From Ascidiella aspersa (Eukaryota), in contig OZ004614.1 in NCBI GenBank assembly GCA_963924565.1, positions 3,968,001 to 4,032,000 of the forward strand: a stretch of 64,000 nt of DNA, given 5' to 3'. Shown piece by piece: positions 59,639 through 64,000 of the stretch (within the stretch, counting starts at the first letter, position 1; each line of letters begins with the position of its first letter). The notes under the pieces are model-generated. The model searched no databases. It was given only the letters and a program-made list of their open reading frames with translations, and was not told the origin of the DNA. A program made the position numbers and the translations under genes.

Positions 59639-61074
59639 TTTTTTTTTTTCAAGTCTATTCCTGAAAAAATGTTTCATGAAAAAAACATTTAGAATGTTTC
59701 ATGAAAAAAACATTTAGCTTTGATCACATTTAAACCATTGTTAGGTTAAGTCAAAGAACTTTATTTTAAACAAAGCATAGTCACAATGCAATTTAGATGC
59801 CTCCTTAAATTATTGAATTTATTTACTAATTTGTCCGATTCAAAGACATCAATAGCCAAACAATAGTTTCATACAACATCACCTATTACAAAGCGTTACA
59901 AGTAAATAAAAAATGGTCAATTTAATTAATATTAATAAAAAACAGCTCCTCCAGTAATTGTAATTGTTAACGTTTTGTCAACCTATTGTAAAATAGTTCC
60001 TCCGGCAAAATTTTATTAAAGTGACAACGTTTTAAATACTTATTCGGTCAATCTTCTTCAGGGCAGTATAACTGCAACTATGGGCGAAAACAAATCTTCT
60101 TTATATATATATAGAATAGAAATTTTTTCGGCCGGCGGTCGTCAACACAATCGCGTTTTAGGGAGACAAACAGAGCAACCTCGCTCATACTGCTCCCTCT
60201 TACGCAAGAAGCCAGAGGAGAGGGTGAAATAGAAAGAAACTCGTGTGCGCCCAGACGGAAAAAAGTGTTTCTTTCTATGAGAGAAAGTCGCGCATCTCAA
60301 GCTAGCGCCGTCTGGTTAGGTAACAATCAATAAAAACTGCCAAAAGATAAAGTTTAAAAATACATAAAATTTGCGCAAACAAATGTTGAACAACGTTCGT
60401 AAACTAGACAAACATTGCATAAGCCAAAGTTTTCAGTTGAACGCTGGTTGGCTTAACTGGTGAACATTTACAATAATGCAACCTCCCATCTTAACAGCAT
60501 TTAACGATTACAAAGCTCCCTTTTTAGCCTTTAGCACGCTTTTTCGCATTAATATTGATTACAAATCGAAATGATCATGAAAATAGGCTTAAAGGCATAA
60601 AAGCGTTACAGCAGTGATACCTAAACTGGTGTGCCTTAAGAGATGTAAACTTTGTTTTCTGTATTTCCAATAGGCATACACGCAAGCATTTTAGACTTAA
60701 ATAGGCACTTTCCATTACAGATGAATTGTATTGAGACATTTAAATCTAGTTTGTCGCGTGTTAAGGACGATTGTAAAGTTACTATATTGTTGTTCTGTTA
60801 AAAGTGCGCCGCAAACAATATAAGATTTGTTTAGTGTGCCACAACTTCCACAAGCTAAAAAAAGTTGCGAGTCACTGCAGCACAGCCTCACGTTTATGAG
60901 AAAAAAGCGAACGTTGGCAGACCGCGTGGTTTGCTACAGCGTCGAAGCTTGAAAGCTCGATTGCTCATGCGCTGTATATAATTACAGCATGGTCGTGAGC
61001 TAGTCAAGCCTATCTCAAAAACCAGCGTTTGGCAGCAACTCTTGTCTTGCTCAACTTTGAGAATAAGTCTAGTC

Positions 61075-61320
61075 GGAATATCAAAGCCCATACAGAAATA
61101 AGCAGCACTTTGTAAACGTTTCGAATAAATCTTCAAAATAATGGCAAAAGGTTGTAGTTGTACGTAGTAAGAACATACAAGCCATTTTTGAACATTTTCA
61201 CTAAATCGTTAGACTATGTTGACAAATGAAAATTGTTAAAGGGATATTCGAAACATTCACAAAATGCTACCTACTTCTTTATTTGATTTAATGTTCCTAC
61301 TACGTCTAGCTACAACCTAC
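61075..61320. mobile_element. Degenerate foldback family copies upstream of the ZIP gene
   Basis: AATATCAAAGCCCATACAGAA; GGTTGTAGTT..ACGTAGTAAG ... CTACTACGTCTAGCTACAACC. Confidence 0.6.
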
Positions 61321-63077
61321 AAAGTTTTTAAATTAACAAAAACTGCGTCTCTATATCCATAGTGCTAAACAAACAACAGAAAAGGGCAGGCTTCAAATAT
61401 GCGCTGACAACTCATTTCACTAACCTACAAAACCGAGCTGACATTCTTGCTAAAGCGGCTACTTGATAAATTTGAATTGAACACGACTGACGCGATACGA
61501 ACTGGGCTGAAATTCAAAAACTCTACAAATCGCACGTAATAAAGAGAAACCGGTTTAAGACGTCGTCACCAGGCTTATTACAACGTGTAAACAGCCTATA
61601 GTGTTCACCGCCCGGTGCCTGCTTTATAACTAAAACTCCAAGCACCAATTTGTCGGTTTTTTTCACAGCTGGGAGCCCATTGAGTTCGAGTGACGTGGTA
61701 TCCGGGGAGTTTAGGATATTTTTAAAGCTCAGTTGCTAAAGGTCGAGCTTTAGTTGGAGAGACGTGGCAATATGACACATGCTAAAGGAAGTTGGTAAAC
61801 CAATCGTATACTTATAGGGTTTTATTTGATATCTCCATTCAAGGCGTGTTGTACTTTCTGTTTTTGTAGTTTGTAAAAAATGCGTAAACACTATTGGGCG
61901 AAACTTTATTGGTTAGTGCATTATGAGCAAAGTTTTCCATGCGTAAAATCAAATCTATAGAAGGATTAACATGAAACGTGATCTTTTATTTACGATTAAA
62001 CTAAGCGTATACGTAAAAAATAAAATGTCAATTTTACTTTTAATACTACTGATATAACTATATAAGTCTTACGTCTAAATTGTTGCATTACATTTCTGAC
62101 CTTTCTGGGTTCGGGAAAGTGTCACTGCGATGATCAGCCTAGGTTAAATTCTGCGTTAGCTTGTGTTAAGCGTTTTACACCAAGGCGAAATAATCGCACT
62201 AAATTCTTTGCTTTGTAATAACTCCGGAAATGAGTCGGGCAATGAGCTAAAATGGCTACACAGTACAAGTATACCTGTCCTACATCTAGTTCCACGCAAA
62301 AAATAAATAAAACTTCACATATAAATATCAGAACATTTTTGTATAATTTTTCTAGTTAAACTAACTTTTATAATTTTTCTAGCAAACTAACTTCCGGGTA
62401 CATCACACTCTCAACCTTTCAGCGCACTTATATGGCCTGTTTGTAGGTTTATGTTTGCACGAGATTCTTACGGAAGGAGCCGCTTTGCCTAAGGAGAGAG
62501 TTTTAGTTTTCAACAAAATAAACTTTTCACTTTCTCGTATTGAGTCATCAAACCCAAGCCAGCATATTGTACATTTTCTACACTATGCTCCAAAAACAGA
62601 AAAACGTGGTTACGTGACATTTTCCCCGAAAAACCTAAACCACGACAGATATATTTTTGTGGATTGTCGACTATAAAATTATTTTTTGAAAAATGTTTCG
62701 CAATAAAAAAGTTAGATAAAAGCTTAATTTCACAAATCATAAATAAAAACTCCTTACAGTCCAATTATTTGGCAGCCTTTTACCTCTACCTCTATCTCGC
62801 AGTTGTACAAATATTAACTTACAGTCCCAAAAATGTTAACTTACGGCCGTAAAAATATATTTATTTACAGCTGAAAAAATGTAAACTTACAGCCGAAAAA
62901 ACGTTAAATATATCGTTTATTCAAAGCAGTGATTGCGGGTTACGAATGAACAAGTAACCATACGCCAAATCGTCAGGTATTTAGAAATATTAAACGCCAG
63001 TTTAATGCATTGTGGCTGCTGTAAGTCTCTTTGTTACGCTAATTTACTTATAATATCAAAAACTAATCCAGTTTTAA

Positions 63078-63233
63078 AAATATCAAAGCCCATACAGAAG
63101 TAGGTATCCTTTTGAACGTTGGTTGATGTTAAAAATAATAAAGAGTTATTCGCAACGTTCAAAATGATACCTACTTGTGTATGGGCTTTGATAATCTTAT
63201 TACGTCCTACTACAACCTCCAACCATAATGCTC
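63078..63233. mobile_element. Foldback family copy
   Basis: TATCAAAGCCCATACAGAAGTAGGTATC ... GATACCTACTTGTGTATGGGCTTTGATA, plus terminus CAACCTCCAACCATAATG. Confidence 0.75.
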
Positions 63234-63329
63234 CATAATCCAGTTTTTCTAAACTTTTAAACCGAAAGCCGTAAAAATTGGACCTTTCCAAAGCCGACCT
63301 TTTCCCATTCTAACTTTTTGCTCCGCTTT

Positions 63330-63500
63330 ACATTTGTCATCTCAGCGGCCCTTTGTAGGTTTGAAAGTCGCCGCCGAAAAAAAGGGCTGCACTGTGACGT
63401 CATCGGTCGTGACTCAGTGCTTTTTTTGTTCCGGGTTGCCGCAAGATTAGGCCGGCAGTCGTGCGTAATGGTGACGCAATGCTAGCTGGATTTATTATTA
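63330..63500. promoter_or_regulatory. Locally GC-rich patch with adjacent CRE (TGACGTCA, 63395) and AP-1 (TGACTCA, 63410) motifs
   Basis: Motif matches only; 3.7 kb upstream of the ZIP ATG. Confidence 0.25.
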
Positions 63501-64000
63501 TGCGATTTTAGATTTTAAAAAATAAGAATTTTCAGTTAAGTCCATTTTATTCTTTGCAAATTGTCGCTTGTGATTATCAAAAGGCGACGGACGCGATAAT
63601 TTACTTCAAAGAAAAAAAAGTTGCGCAGAGAAATATGCGTTTAGAATAAAGTTTTTCTTTTTTGTTATGTCAGTATTTAGTATTGTTTTGGTCGAAGCTC
63701 TATTTAGTTCAAAAAATAACTTATTAAAAATCCAAAGTCAGTAAAAGAAGTTCGGAAATCATGCTGAAAATGCCATTTAGATTTCATGAAATCAGTATCA
63801 AATATAGCTAGCATATTCCATTTACTAACTTTGAAGATTTTTTTGTTTCCACCGAAAATCATTACCATTAAAAACGATGTCTTTGGGCAAGTAAACCACT
63901 CTACGTGTGATGAACCGTCTTCAACATGCACCTTTGCGTCACCATATTTATCGCTGCAAATACGCCATGTTATGCATAAACTACACCATGCGGTATTTTA

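Noticed and set aside
60246-60252. Metal-response element core TGCGCCC upstream of the ZIP gene
   Set aside because: A single degenerate 7-mer is expected by chance; no cluster seen and the TSS is unknown.
60612-60877. Possible hAT MITE (CAGTGA...TCACTG); a similar candidate at ~54955-55349
   Set aside because: TIRs are short and degenerate with no convincing TSD.

Overview
AT-rich eukaryotic (animal) genomic DNA with GT-AG spliceosomal introns; the taxon cannot be fixed from the sequence. Right half: a complete 14-exon LIV-1-subfamily ZIP zinc transporter (SLC39A12/SLC39A4-like) on the minus strand, 59638->40064, 682 aa. It has a signal peptide, a Cys- and His/Asp-rich ectodomain, a PAL-like motif, HNFGDG and CHELPHE. 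Left half: what looks like a ~1.9-kb satellite (1-30290) is the coding region of a second minus-strand gene derived from that ZIP. This gene has its own paralogous 76-nt signal-peptide exon (35217-35142), followed by 16 complete and one partial tandem copies of a four-exon, phase-1/phase-1 module equivalent to ZIP ectodomain exons 2-5 (191 aa, 6 Cys, ~12 His, about 75% aa identity to the parent by hand count). All 66 array exons keep canonical splice sites and frame-preserving lengths, and I saw no stops; every frame-breaking indel is intronic. This predicts an open reading frame of at least 3180 aa that runs off the left edge: a giant poly-ZIP-ectodomain metal-binding protein, either secreted or a ZIP with a huge ectodomain. 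Introns carry hAT and Tc1/mariner-type MITEs, a foldback repeat family, a tRNA-like element and degenerate satellites.
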